Under the pieces are notes generated by a model, which was not told the origin of the DNA, did not search any database, and saw only the letters and a program-made list of their open reading frames with translations. Source: a virus. From it: a stretch of 42,294 nt of DNA. Location of the stretch: positions 1 to 42,294 of the IMG/VR virus record IMGVR_UViG_3300000969_000003; one strand, written 5' to 3'. Positions 25,355-33,966 of the stretch are shown here, in pieces. Numbering within the stretch: position 1 is the stretch's first letter; the number at the start of each line of letters is the position of its first letter. The position numbers and the translations under genes were made by a program.

Positions 25355-27165
25355 TAATTATTTCCTATCCCTGTCACGTTAAACCCTCTATTTCTTGAAC
25401 CAGTTGGGTTTTGTGCAGCTTTAAGCAATTGATCTTTTAAACTAAATGCAATTCGATCTGGTTCAAATTTTTCTTTAAATTCATTGTTGATTTCTACTTT
25501 ATTAATATTTGTAACATTACTTGCAACAGAAGTTGCTGACCCATCACCGTCTTGTCTCGTAGCTCTATTGATTGACTCAAAGAAACTAGTTGAACCAGCG
25601 TTGAACGCGTCAGTAACCCCTGAAAACAAGTCTAATAGCTTCCCACCTTTTAAGTTCTCAAATACCTGAAGTATTGAAAAGATCGCACCTTGGAGTCCTC
25701 CTAGAATAACCGTTATCGCATCAGCTACAAAGTTAAGAGAAGCAACCAACAGGCGCAATAAATTACTAACTTGAAAAATGGGTGAAATGGCCTCGGCCAT
25801 AGCATTAAAAATATTTAAAACAGGAGCGAGTATTACCTCGGCTATTGCCCTGAATCTGTTAAGAGACTCTGCAAGTTCACCTAATAATTTCGGAATTATT
25901 AAGGCATCCTTAACTTTTGCAATCGCTATTGCTCTTGATATTAATTGAAATAAAGTAACTAGTGCCAATAGAGGTGGTATAAATCTAACCACCGAAGCTA
26001 CTAGGAACTTAAATAATGGAATTAAGAAAATGAATCCTCTTGCGAGTAATCCAAACCCTGAAGATAAGGCTGCAAAAGCAGGGCCTAGAAATTTAGCTAA
26101 GAATCCAAGCTTACTAAGTAAAGGAAACAACACCAGGAAACCACCTATTATCGTTGTCACAAATGAAGCTTTCTTAAGATCGCCCCCAAGGTCTCTCAGT
26201 TGGAGTAAGTTTACAACTAACCCTTTTAAGTCCTGTACAAAAGGCTTAATCAACATCGCGACTTGTTCTATTATCTTACGGCCGTCTTTATCTAAGATTG
26301 CTAGTAAATCCTTAAAAGCCTTCTTTATAGGCCCTGCCAAAACATCACCTAGAGGTTTTAAAATTCCGTTTATTCCTGTGAAGACGTCTTTCATTCTCTG
26401 AAATAGCCTGGAAAAAGTATTTGCCTGCCCTGAGAGGACGTCCATATCTGAGGCGAATTGCCCCATCCCTTTTTTGATTAAATCAAATCTTTCTTTTAGA
26501 GGTAATTGGTTAAAGGCTTTTGCTGCATTTTCAGCTCCCTTTAACTTGTCTTGAAAAGCTTGGGTTTCCGCTGATAATCTTCTAAAAAGAGTATCACCTT
26601 GGGAAGCTGAGCCTTCAATTGCTCTGAGTAGCTGTCCCTCTGCCTGTCCTGGGTCTACACCGAGGCTAGGGGAGGACTTTAAAAAGTTTCTTGATAAATC
26701 CCTTGCCTCACTGAAGTTGTCTCCTGCAAGGCCCTTAGGGAGCAAGAAACCGGCTGTCAGTTTTGTAGTCGCGGCAAGCTGCTTTTCATCTAATCCAAAT
26801 TTTGCGGCATCTTTGGAAATATCTTGTAAAATCTGCTTAGAAACATTCATTCTTTCATTGAATGAATTAACATCACCTGTAAGGTTTTGTAAGTTTGCAC
26901 TAAGAAGATTTGAAATACCTAATTGATTTTGAGTGAAAGCTTCACTCGTTTTTAATGCTTGCCCAAAAACTCCTAATAAACTGGAAGCTCCAAGGCCAAA
27001 ATCAGCAACTAATCCAACTCCCAATCTCTTTAGAGAAAAGAGAGCTGAATCAGCACTGTTTGAAACTTTATCGACGGATTGCTGTAATTTACCAGACTGA
27101 ACAATGGCTTGCCCTGTCTCAAACTTAAATTCTGTTAAAACCTTAAATATTTGAGGTGCTGGCAT
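25354..27165 (-). CDS. Tail tape measure protein (603 aa)
   Basis: Long helical protein with a hydrophobic central segment, located after the chaperone. GGAGAG SD upstream. Confidence 0.8.
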   Translation of the reverse strand: MPAPQIFKVLTEFKFETGQAIVQSGKLQQSVDKVSNSADSALFSLKRLGVGLVADFGLGASSLLGVFGQALKTSEAFTQNQLGISNLLSANLQNLTGDVNSFNERMNVSKQILQDISKDAAKFGLDEKQLAATTKLTAGFLLPKGLAGDNFSEARDLSRNFLKSSPSLGVDPGQAEGQLLRAIEGSASQGDTLFRRLSAETQAFQDKLKGAENAAKAFNQLPLKERFDLIKKGMGQFASDMDVLSGQANTFSRLFQRMKDVFTGINGILKPLGDVLAGPIKKAFKDLLAILDKDGRKIIEQVAMLIKPFVQDLKGLVVNLLQLRDLGGDLKKASFVTTIIGGFLVLFPLLSKLGFLAKFLGPAFAALSSGFGLLARGFIFLIPLFKFLVASVVRFIPPLLALVTLFQLISRAIAIAKVKDALIIPKLLGELAESLNRFRAIAEVILAPVLNIFNAMAEAISPIFQVSNLLRLLVASLNFVADAITVILGGLQGAIFSILQVFENLKGGKLLDLFSGVTDAFNAGSTSFFESINRATRQDGDGSATSVASNVTNINKVEINNEFKEKFEPDRIAFSLKDQLLKAAQNPTGSRNRGFNVTGIGNN

Positions 27166-27177
27166 TACTAGCTCTCC

Positions 27178-27354
27178 TTAGCCGTTATTTTCCTGTTTAA
27201 TTATACCATTCAATTCTTCACAATATAATTTTAACTCCCAGGGTTTCATTGATCGGATTTCGTCGAGAGATATTGAAGAATACCTCTTACACCAGGCTAC
27301 AGTGTTCCAGAAAAGCTTGTCTCGATGACTGGCTCCGACCCCAAGTCCTCCCCC
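27178..27354 (-). CDS. Possible -1 frameshift extension of the tail assembly chaperone (G/GT-type)
   Basis: The -1 frame is open from just upstream of a G5 run (minus strand, 27354..27350, ...AUG GGG GAG) to TAA at 27180..27178, 12 nt before the tape-measure ATG. It would add about 58 aa. Confidence 0.3.
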   Translation of the reverse strand, partial: GGGLGVGASHRDKLFWNTVAWCKRYSSISLDEIRSMKPWELKLYCEELNGIIKQENNG

Positions 27355-27656
27355 ATCATTTTGCTCACAACTTTCTTAAGTTGTTTTTGCTCAGCGTAAG
27401 AAATATACTTGTCGAGCATTTCAATGTCAGCAGCTTTAGGTTTAAAAACCTCTTCAGCTCCCTTATCTTGGATTCCTGCAACTAATAATTTCAGAATTTC
27501 ATTTTGAGCATGATAAGCGACCATCATTTCATTACCAGCCGCTTTATTTGCACCGGCTTGAAACGCTAACTCTTCTTTTCTATTATCCATCTCTCTTAGA
27601 TAAATAATTTTCCCTGTTCCGAGTGTAACCTTGTGAACTGTTTCTTGTTTTTCCAT
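27297..27656 (-). CDS. Tail assembly chaperone (119 aa)
   Basis: It lies between the tube and tape measure genes. Acidic, helical protein. Confidence 0.6.
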   Translation of the reverse strand: MEKQETVHKVTLGTGKIIYLREMDNRKEELAFQAGANKAAGNEMMVAYHAQNEILKLLVAGIQDKGAEEVFKPKAADIEMLDKYISYAEQKQLKKVVSKMMGEDLGSEPVIETSFSGTL

Positions 27657-27676
27657 AACATTCTCCTATTCTAACG
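27654..27676 (-). promoter_or_regulatory. Conserved leader motif, copy 3: CGTTAGAATAGGAGAATGTT-ATG
   Basis: 4 mismatches to the 958..980 copy over the 23 aligned positions. It lies directly downstream of the 27681..27702 hairpin. Confidence 0.5.
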
Positions 27677-27680
27677 TATG

Positions 27681-27702
27681 AGGTGGGGAATTACCCCCAC
27701 CT
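27681..27702 (-). other. GC-rich stem-loop (8-bp stem AGGTGGGG/CCCCACCT, 6-nt loop) between the tube and chaperone genes
   Basis: Read directly. No U-tract follows on the transcribed strand, so it is an attenuator or mRNA-stability element rather than a canonical terminator. Confidence 0.5.
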
Positions 27703-27717
27703 ATTAAAAAGTAACTT

Positions 27718-28146
27718 TTACCCTAGTGGTTGACGACCAGCTGCTTGAAATTCAAGTCTCTTAGTCATTTTTTCTGTTAGTCCAGATTGAGACTTACTCA
27801 TCTTAAACTGACAGTCAAAATAAACGTAAGATTGTCTAGTTCCGTCACCATATTGCTCTGTTGCAAGCATAGTATAATCCGAAATACCAATTCCGTTAAG
27901 GTTATTTGTAACTAAAGCGTCAATAAAAAGATCAACTGAAGCGTCTTTTACTTCAAGGTCAATACTTCCTGACCAACCTTCAATTGACTGATCGCCCTCT
28001 GGTAGTGGTCTACCTAGGTAATAAGTCTTGATGAAAGATGAGTCTTGAGAAATATCAAGTGACGTAATATCAACAATTCCTGTTTGTTGACCATTTTCAA
28101 AAATTTTAAAGCAGCCCTGATGACCGCGAATACTTGGATTAGCCAT
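27718..28146 (-). CDS. Tail tube protein (142 aa)
   Basis: Immediately downstream of the sheath gene. Its size is typical of XkdM/Mu-type tubes. Confidence 0.75.
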   Translation of the reverse strand: MANPSIRGHQGCFKIFENGQQTGIVDITSLDISQDSSFIKTYYLGRPLPEGDQSIEGWSGSIDLEVKDASVDLFIDALVTNNLNGIGISDYTMLATEQYGDGTRQSYVYFDCQFKMSKSQSGLTEKMTKRLEFQAAGRQPLG

Positions 28147-28156
28147 TGATTCCTCC

Positions 28157-29587
28157 TTAAACCTCTGTTACAAGAACACCAGTACCAACTTCCGCTTGTA
28201 GTACGATATATCTCATTGAGCTAAAAATTCTTCTTCTATATAAGATTCTAAACTGTCCTGCTGCAATGATTGCATCAGTGTTCGGGCTCTCAGTATCAAC
28301 TAAAAGAGGAGCACCATCATTAACGTCCTGCTGCCCTGGGAGAATCCCATCTCTTACAAGTCTTGCATCGAAATCTAAGATAAGACTTTGAACCTCATCT
28401 CTTCTATCTTGAGAGTTAACATCATTTTGGTAATTCTTAAGAGCAAGAGCGATTGAATCCGTTAGGAAATCAGTCATTCGTCTTCTTATAATTTCTCTCA
28501 ACTGAGTATTAGCTCTATGAGTAACAACCGCATTTTTAAGAACGAATCCAATATCTGAATCATTTTCAAAAGCTGCAACCCCACCCTCATCAAGTTCAAT
28601 GTGACCATTTCTACTTGTTGTGAATCTTAGCCCTGTTACACCGCCTAGAAATCTAGTATTTGCTGTGAAAGAAAGAGCGATATGAGGAGCAACTTGAGTA
28701 AATATTGAAACCAACCATGCAGCCGGACTTGTATATTGTCTTACCCCATCAATTAGAGTCTCAACATATGGCCATGCATATATGATTCTACCAGTTGCAT
28801 CTCTTAGAGTCTCCGCCTCTGCAATTGCCTCTGCTCTGTCATCATCAACAGCACCGGCGCAAACAACCATTTTGTCAGTTGTAAGTCCTGCGTGGATTTT
28901 TAAAAGTTGGTTTCTAACAGTGTTATATTCATCTAAGAAAACAACATTTGCTGAACGCTCAACTTCTGCTTTAACCAGCGCAGCCTCATAGTCAGTATCA
29001 GCAATAGTTCCATCTGAACCATTATCAAGAGCTGTCTGAGGTAAAAGAGCTGGGTTTCCTGCTTGATTATCTAACACTTCAACTTTAACAAGATTTGAAT
29101 TAGCGAAAGTTGCTGGTGTTATGTCAGCAATTTCTAAATTATCATATCTCTCAACAGGTAATACGGCGAGAGGGTTGTTGTCTCTAACTACTAGACAAAA
29201 TCCTGATTCGTCCCCTGCTTTTACTTCTACGCTTAGGTTACTACCATAAGCCCCAGGGCTTAAAGCTGATACCATTAGCTTTCCATCAATCGCTAGGCTT
29301 GCCGTTACTGCATCAGCAGCAATTACTCTGATAATTCTTAACCTACCAAATGCCTTGTTTCTTAATTGGATATTTCCTAAGTATGATGAACGACCATACC
29401 TTTCTTGAAACTCTCCAATTGAAGCGATTAAACCACTTAATTCAGCGGTCCCTCTTTGAAACTGCCCGATTAAGATTGCAACATTTGCGGAAACACCGGT
29501 AATCTGGGAAGGCGGTGTTTGCTCATCAATAATGATTCCATCAATGTCATCAAACTGAGTCGGGTCGTTTGTTCTAAAAATTCCCAT
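28157..29587 (-). CDS. Contractile tail sheath protein (476 aa)
   Basis: Called by size and by the N-terminal ITGVSANVAILIGQFQRGT and C-terminal FRILYRRRIFSSMRYIVL segments, which are typical of sheath proteins. Followed by the tube gene. Confidence 0.85.
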   Translation of the reverse strand: MGIFRTNDPTQFDDIDGIIIDEQTPPSQITGVSANVAILIGQFQRGTAELSGLIASIGEFQERYGRSSYLGNIQLRNKAFGRLRIIRVIAADAVTASLAIDGKLMVSALSPGAYGSNLSVEVKAGDESGFCLVVRDNNPLAVLPVERYDNLEIADITPATFANSNLVKVEVLDNQAGNPALLPQTALDNGSDGTIADTDYEAALVKAEVERSANVVFLDEYNTVRNQLLKIHAGLTTDKMVVCAGAVDDDRAEAIAEAETLRDATGRIIYAWPYVETLIDGVRQYTSPAAWLVSIFTQVAPHIALSFTANTRFLGGVTGLRFTTSRNGHIELDEGGVAAFENDSDIGFVLKNAVVTHRANTQLREIIRRRMTDFLTDSIALALKNYQNDVNSQDRRDEVQSLILDFDARLVRDGILPGQQDVNDGAPLLVDTESPNTDAIIAAGQFRILYRRRIFSSMRYIVLQAEVGTGVLVTEV

Positions 29588-29588
29588 C

Positions 29589-30188
29589 TTATTCTCCTTG
29601 ATTTATGTCAATTAGTACGTCCGTGCTAATTTCTGACTCTGGCTCTATAATTGTTTCTTCTATAATAAATTGTTTCCTAGATCGAATAGCTTTGCAAGTC
29701 GCAAGGACATTTAAAGTAATTCGCCACTCATCTTGAGTGGATTCTCTCTCCTCATTATTTCTATCATGGCTCACATAAAGAAAGCTGCATATAGCATTAA
29801 AATACTGAGGCATCTTTATATTAACACCTGGTTTGATGCCAGGGTTTAATATTTCAAATAATTCGCTGAAAACATCGTCCAATTCTTCTTTATTTCCGCA
29901 CCACAAGTCTAGTTGTAGGCTCATTTCATAGTCACCGATAATCCAATTAACCTGAGCTTGGCTGTCTTTTATTTCATCAGGATTTACTGGGTTTTGAAGG
30001 TAAGGATTATTTCTAGGTTCAAACTCCATTCTTGGAGCGATTACCGATATGCTTGGCATTTCAAGCCTAAAGTTAGGCTCCGGAAAATCTATAAGAGTTT
30101 GACGAATAGATTTAGAGTTATCCTCAATCCAATCGGCAAGAGCGGTTGTTACAACTTCTGTAATGGATTCGTGCTTTGTTCTATCCAA
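29589..30188 (-). CDS. Tail completion / sheath-terminator-region protein (199 aa; function by position)
   Basis: The last gene before the sheath gene. Confidence 0.4.
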   Translation of the reverse strand: MDRTKHESITEVVTTALADWIEDNSKSIRQTLIDFPEPNFRLEMPSISVIAPRMEFEPRNNPYLQNPVNPDEIKDSQAQVNWIIGDYEMSLQLDLWCGNKEELDDVFSELFEILNPGIKPGVNIKMPQYFNAICSFLYVSHDRNNEERESTQDEWRITLNVLATCKAIRSRKQFIIEETIIEPESEISTDVLIDINQGE

Positions 30189-30642
30189 GTTTTTTAAGCT
30201 CCGCTCTGATGTTTTCTATAATATTTGGAATTTCCTTTTCAAGAACATTCCTGGGTTTCATCCCTTCTTTTGCTATTTTATTTTGTACTCCCCTGGCCAG
30301 TGCCCAAACTTCTGAATCATAGTTTGGTGGTTGACTTGAGGAATTTAAAACTCTCTTTGCCCATGCTAGTAGTGGAGTTATAGGCGGTGTAAAGGGCCTT
30401 GCTCCTCTCTCAATAATTGGGGCATGGGGAGCGAAGTTTCCTATTATTGCTCTCTTCTCTTCAATAGAGAAATCCCAACTATTTGCATAATCACCTGTAT
30501 CAATCGGTGAGTTTTTAACAAGTGAGGGAACGCTTCTTATCATTCCCTTTATTACAGCCTTTTTCTGGTCTTCAAGTCTAAGCTTGGAGTCTTTTTTCAG
30601 CTCCGAGCTTAGGTCTTGAAGTTTTACAGTTTTAGTGGCCAC
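30181..30642 (-). CDS. HK97 gp10-like head-tail joining protein (153 aa)
   Basis: VKNSPIDTGDYANSW matches the gp10-family 'vDTG.lr.Sw' motif. Confidence 0.6.
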   Translation of the reverse strand: MATKTVKLQDLSSELKKDSKLRLEDQKKAVIKGMIRSVPSLVKNSPIDTGDYANSWDFSIEEKRAIIGNFAPHAPIIERGARPFTPPITPLLAWAKRVLNSSSQPPNYDSEVWALARGVQNKIAKEGMKPRNVLEKEIPNIIENIRAELKKLG

Positions 30643-30645
30643 TTA

Positions 30646-30930
30646 TTATTTTCCAACCATACCTTCGCGTGCATTTTCAACCGGCATAGTTGATCTGCTT
30701 TTACCGCCATTTGATTTTGGAGTAATAGCAGAAGGGTTATTTACATAAGAAACATTTTTCCCAGAATTAACACCTTTTGAAGAACCTTGCTCCCCAACAG
30801 TTTCATTCCCATAACCTGTTCCCATGTTATCGAAAGTACTTCTAGCTGGACGAACACCTTCTTTAGTCCCTGAGTAGTTTTTACTCATTTTCTTTTTCAT
30901 TGGTTTTTTGTAACCTTTACCTTTTGGCAT
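30646..30930 (-). CDS. Basic low-complexity (Gly/Ser/Asn/Lys-rich) protein, 94 aa
   Basis: The only open frame in a tightly packed slot. No hydrophobic core. Confidence 0.55.
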   Translation of the reverse strand: MPKGKGYKKPMKKKMSKNYSGTKEGVRPARSTFDNMGTGYGNETVGEQGSSKGVNSGKNVSYVNNPSAITPKSNGGKSRSTMPVENAREGMVGK

Positions 30931-30932
30931 AA

Positions 30933-31391
30933 TTAGCTCCTTCTTCTGCGAGGTCTCGCATTTTGCGGTTGTCGCTCGGTTTCATCCTGAGATATTCTCC
31001 TAACGTGAACATTCCAGGTTAATAATCTTTGTCTAACGTGAATGGTTCTATAAAAATGATCGTCTATCTTTATAAATTTTTCAATGTTAGCAATCCCAGT
31101 ATCAGTCCTTAAATCCTCTTCTGAATAATCTGCTCTATTAATAGTTCGCAAGATTAAATCACCTGAGGCATAAGTTCCGTTTTGCTGGGTTCTAATATCA
31201 TGAGAGAAATCGACAATCTCAGGGTTAGAGGTAAATGGTGTTACCTCATCGGTGAAAGTTCCATCACCTACTCTGTGCCCTGTCCATGTTCTAGTAACGA
31301 AAGAAACCTCTGCGAGATTGGCCCCTATATCATCACGAATAGCGATAATTTTGGCCAATGAACCCTGCAAACATTCTTTCATGCTGCTCAT
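30933..31391 (-). CDS. Head-tail connector/adaptor protein (152 aa; function by position)
   Basis: Gene order only. Confidence 0.4.
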   Translation of the reverse strand: MSSMKECLQGSLAKIIAIRDDIGANLAEVSFVTRTWTGHRVGDGTFTDEVTPFTSNPEIVDFSHDIRTQQNGTYASGDLILRTINRADYSEEDLRTDTGIANIEKFIKIDDHFYRTIHVRQRLLTWNVHVRRISQDETERQPQNARPRRRRS

Positions 31392-31750
31392 TTACAAACC
31401 CCTACCATTGCACCACCGCTCCTTAAAATAGGAACGTCGATCAAGTCGGCAAGTTCCCTAATGCATCTCCTACGCTCCTTATTTAGCATGTCGATTTCTT
31501 TAGGGTTGGTTTTGATATTATCAACGCTAGAGGCAGCAAGACGGCATTTAGCTTCGCTTAAACACTGGTCTATTCCCTCAAGCTTCTCTAATAACTCTCT
31601 CAAAATCCTGCAAATTGATTCCTCTTCTGAGTTGTCATTAATTCTATCGAAAACAACAGAATTAAAATGAGTTGAGCTCTGGACTAAAGTAAGTCCAGAC
31701 CAACCCAAGTAAAAAAGGATTCTTGTTTTTTGATTTTGATTAAGAGCCAT
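31388..31750 (-). CDS. Head completion / connector protein (120 aa; function by position)
   Basis: Gene order only. Confidence 0.4.
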   Translation of the reverse strand: MALNQNQKTRILFYLGWSGLTLVQSSTHFNSVVFDRINDNSEEESICRILRELLEKLEGIDQCLSEAKCRLAASSVDNIKTNPKEIDMLNKERRRCIRELADLIDVPILRSGGAMVGVCK

Positions 31751-32205
31751 TACTGAGCCTTAGCCTTTTCAGCTTTTGCCTTTGCTTCAGCAGCTTCTTT
31801 ATCGGCTTTTGCTTTTTCAGCAGCAGCTTTTTCTTTCTCGGCTTTAGCTTTCTTCTCAGCAATGTCTTTAGCGTGCTTTTCAGCAGCTTCTTTCTTTGCC
31901 TTTGCTTTAGCTTCTTTTTCAGCTTTGCGTTTTTTCTCATAATCAGATTGAACTTTCTTATGCCAATCATTTATGATCTTCTCGCTTTCAGCTCTAAGAG
32001 CATCATGCTTCTTTTGAAAAGCTTTTCTCTTCTTAGTAATATCTTCAGATTTTACTTTCGCAATCTCTTCTTTACTAAGACCCTTAAGAGGGTTTCTCAT
32101 TTCGCCTTTGATCTTTAAAAGCTCATTACGAATTTCAACAACTCTCTTTTTAATTTCTTTAGGCAAGTTAGGTGTGTCCCTGTGCCTACGCATCATCATT
32201 CCCAT
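31750..32205 (-). CDS. Lys/Ala/Glu-rich helical protein (151 aa); possible capsid decoration or single-alpha-helix protein
   Basis: The C-terminal approximately 70 aa are rich in Lys/Ala/Glu, ending in a ~30-aa stretch built almost only of K, A and E. AAAGGAG SD upstream. It is the first gene after the capsid gene terminator. Confidence 0.6.
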   Translation of the reverse strand: MGMMMRRHRDTPNLPKEIKKRVVEIRNELLKIKGEMRNPLKGLSKEEIAKVKSEDITKKRKAFQKKHDALRAESEKIINDWHKKVQSDYEKKRKAEKEAKAKAKKEAAEKHAKDIAEKKAKAEKEKAAAEKAKADKEAAEAKAKAEKAKAQ

Positions 32206-32228
32206 TTCAATCTCCTTTAGATTAATAT

Positions 32229-32259
32229 TAAAAAGTACAGGGGATTTTGAATCCCCTGT
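32229..32259 (-). terminator. Rho-independent terminator after the major capsid gene
   Basis: 9-bp stem ACAGGGGAT/ATCCCCTGT (32237..32245 and 32251..32259), a 5-nt loop, then AC-TTTTT on the minus strand. Confidence 0.6.
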
Positions 32260-32265
32260 TTGCTA

Positions 32266-33114
32266 TTAAGCAAATGTACCTTTTAATGATTTTCTATCTA
32301 AAGGGTCAATCTCAGCATGGAAAGATCGAACAGCATACCACTCATTAGAAGTGAATACCCACTCTCTTGCGAGAATATCGTAATCACTTTCGAGCTCCAT
32401 ATCCTGCTTGATGATGAATCCATAAGGGTTCATCTTATGCATAAATACCTCGCCCTCAGGTACTGAATCAACTTCAAATACCGCCATTCCTAACATACGA
32501 CCCTGAAAACCAGGAGTAGAAATAAATGGGTCAAGGGCATCAGCTTGTAAAAACCCTGCTGTATTATCAGTCATTACTCTCATAAGATCGAGAGAGTTGA
32601 TCTGCATATACATTGAGTCAGTGTGCTTGTCTCCAAACGCACGAACTTTCATCTCTTTAAGAGCTCTAATATTCACACCAGTGTTATCTGATGGTGTTAC
32701 AGCTTCGTGAGAAGTTGCCTTTGAAATCTCAGCTAATAAATCAGCGTCAATTCTCTCAGCGTGAACACGAGCAAGTTGCTCGTTGATCTCCATTACAATT
32801 TTCTCAGTACGCGCAGCCGAGACCTTGAAAGCTCTCTTCTTTACACCTACTGCTTTCCCTACCTCTGCAACTGTTGCCTGGAAACTGTTGTCCCCTAGGT
32901 TATCAACTGTTAGAGAAGCTGTCTCAGCCGGTGCCTCAGCAGCTCCGATTGCTTCAAAGAAAGGAAAATTAATAGTTTCCCCTGGAGCACCTTTTAATTC
33001 AGTGTCCGTTAGTGCAATTGCACCGAAAACTAGTTTTTTATCAAAATAAGCTCTAATATGGTCTTTCCATACTCTAGGCTCAAATACAAAATCTGTTGAT
33101 ACTGTTGCTGGCAT
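32266..33114 (-). CDS. Major capsid protein (282 aa, HK97-fold type)
   Basis: It follows the scaffold gene, has a strong SD (AAAGGAG) and is followed by a terminator. Size and composition are typical. Confidence 0.8.
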   Translation of the reverse strand: MPATVSTDFVFEPRVWKDHIRAYFDKKLVFGAIALTDTELKGAPGETINFPFFEAIGAAEAPAETASLTVDNLGDNSFQATVAEVGKAVGVKKRAFKVSAARTEKIVMEINEQLARVHAERIDADLLAEISKATSHEAVTPSDNTGVNIRALKEMKVRAFGDKHTDSMYMQINSLDLMRVMTDNTAGFLQADALDPFISTPGFQGRMLGMAVFEVDSVPEGEVFMHKMNPYGFIIKQDMELESDYDILAREWVFTSNEWYAVRSFHAEIDPLDRKSLKGTFA

Positions 33115-33156
33115 GTCTTACTCCTTTAAGTCAGCCTACATTTAATCAAAATTTTG

Positions 33157-33915
33157 TTATTGCAATCCGTTCTTAGCGAGTCTCGTATAAGTCTCTTTAT
33201 CCTTAGCATAAAGAGCTGACTTCTCAGAAATAGACATTTTAGCAAACTGATCTGCTGTAACGCCATTATTTCCGGTGTCTCCCTTCGGTGTTTTTGGAGT
33301 ATTGGTTCTAGTACCAACGCTTGTTGAAGTAGGTGCCGATTTAGCTTTTACTTCATTGGCTATTTCAGACAGTTTTTCTGCTGAAATCTCCTCCCCATCC
33401 TTAAGGTTACTCATCTCATCTGAAATTAAAAACTCGAAGTATTTCATTTCAGATTTTGGAACTTCATGTTCAAACGCAATTTCTAACAATGCAGTTTTAG
33501 TTTCTAGTGCTTGGTTCTTGTTGGCTAAATTTTGAATTTGCTCCTCTGGTGTTGCCTGAGGGTCAGCTTCTCCAAATAGTCCTTTAAGTCCTTGCTCTAG
33601 TTTTGAAAATCTTCCACCCATTTCCTCTAACTTGGAACTCAATTCCTTGTTAGACGTTCTGTGCTTCGCGCTTTCTTTTCTAAGAGAGTCAATAACACTC
33701 CTAGTTTGCTCTGGATTAGAATAGTCGATACCTGAATTAGTATCATCTGACTCTGTTCCTTGAGCTTGCTGACTCTGAGTTGCCTGAACTGTTGAGTCTT
33801 GTGTTGAGTCTGTTGCCTCCGGGACTGGACTCGTTGTGGTTGCTTCTGGTGTTTTCTCTAAATCTTTCGGAACGTGTGCCCCTGGTTTAGAAACTTTTCC
33901 TAGCTGTACACTCAT
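33157..33915 (-). CDS. Scaffolding protein (252 aa)
   Basis: Acidic, helical and low-complexity N-terminus. It lies immediately upstream of the capsid gene. Confidence 0.7.
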   Translation of the reverse strand: MSVQLGKVSKPGAHVPKDLEKTPEATTTSPVPEATDSTQDSTVQATQSQQAQGTESDDTNSGIDYSNPEQTRSVIDSLRKESAKHRTSNKELSSKLEEMGGRFSKLEQGLKGLFGEADPQATPEEQIQNLANKNQALETKTALLEIAFEHEVPKSEMKYFEFLISDEMSNLKDGEEISAEKLSEIANEVKAKSAPTSTSVGTRTNTPKTPKGDTGNNGVTADQFAKMSISEKSALYAKDKETYTRLAKNGLQ

Positions 33916-33966
33916 AATTGTAACCTCCTATAGACTCCGGGTCTACTGTTAACGTAACTTTCCTAC

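Noticed and set aside
31740-32118. ORFs 31740..31970 (minus) and 31873..32118 (plus), rich in K/L/R or F/L/S
   Set aside because: They are alternative readings of the low-complexity GCTTT-type repeat that encodes the Lys/Ala/Glu-rich protein.
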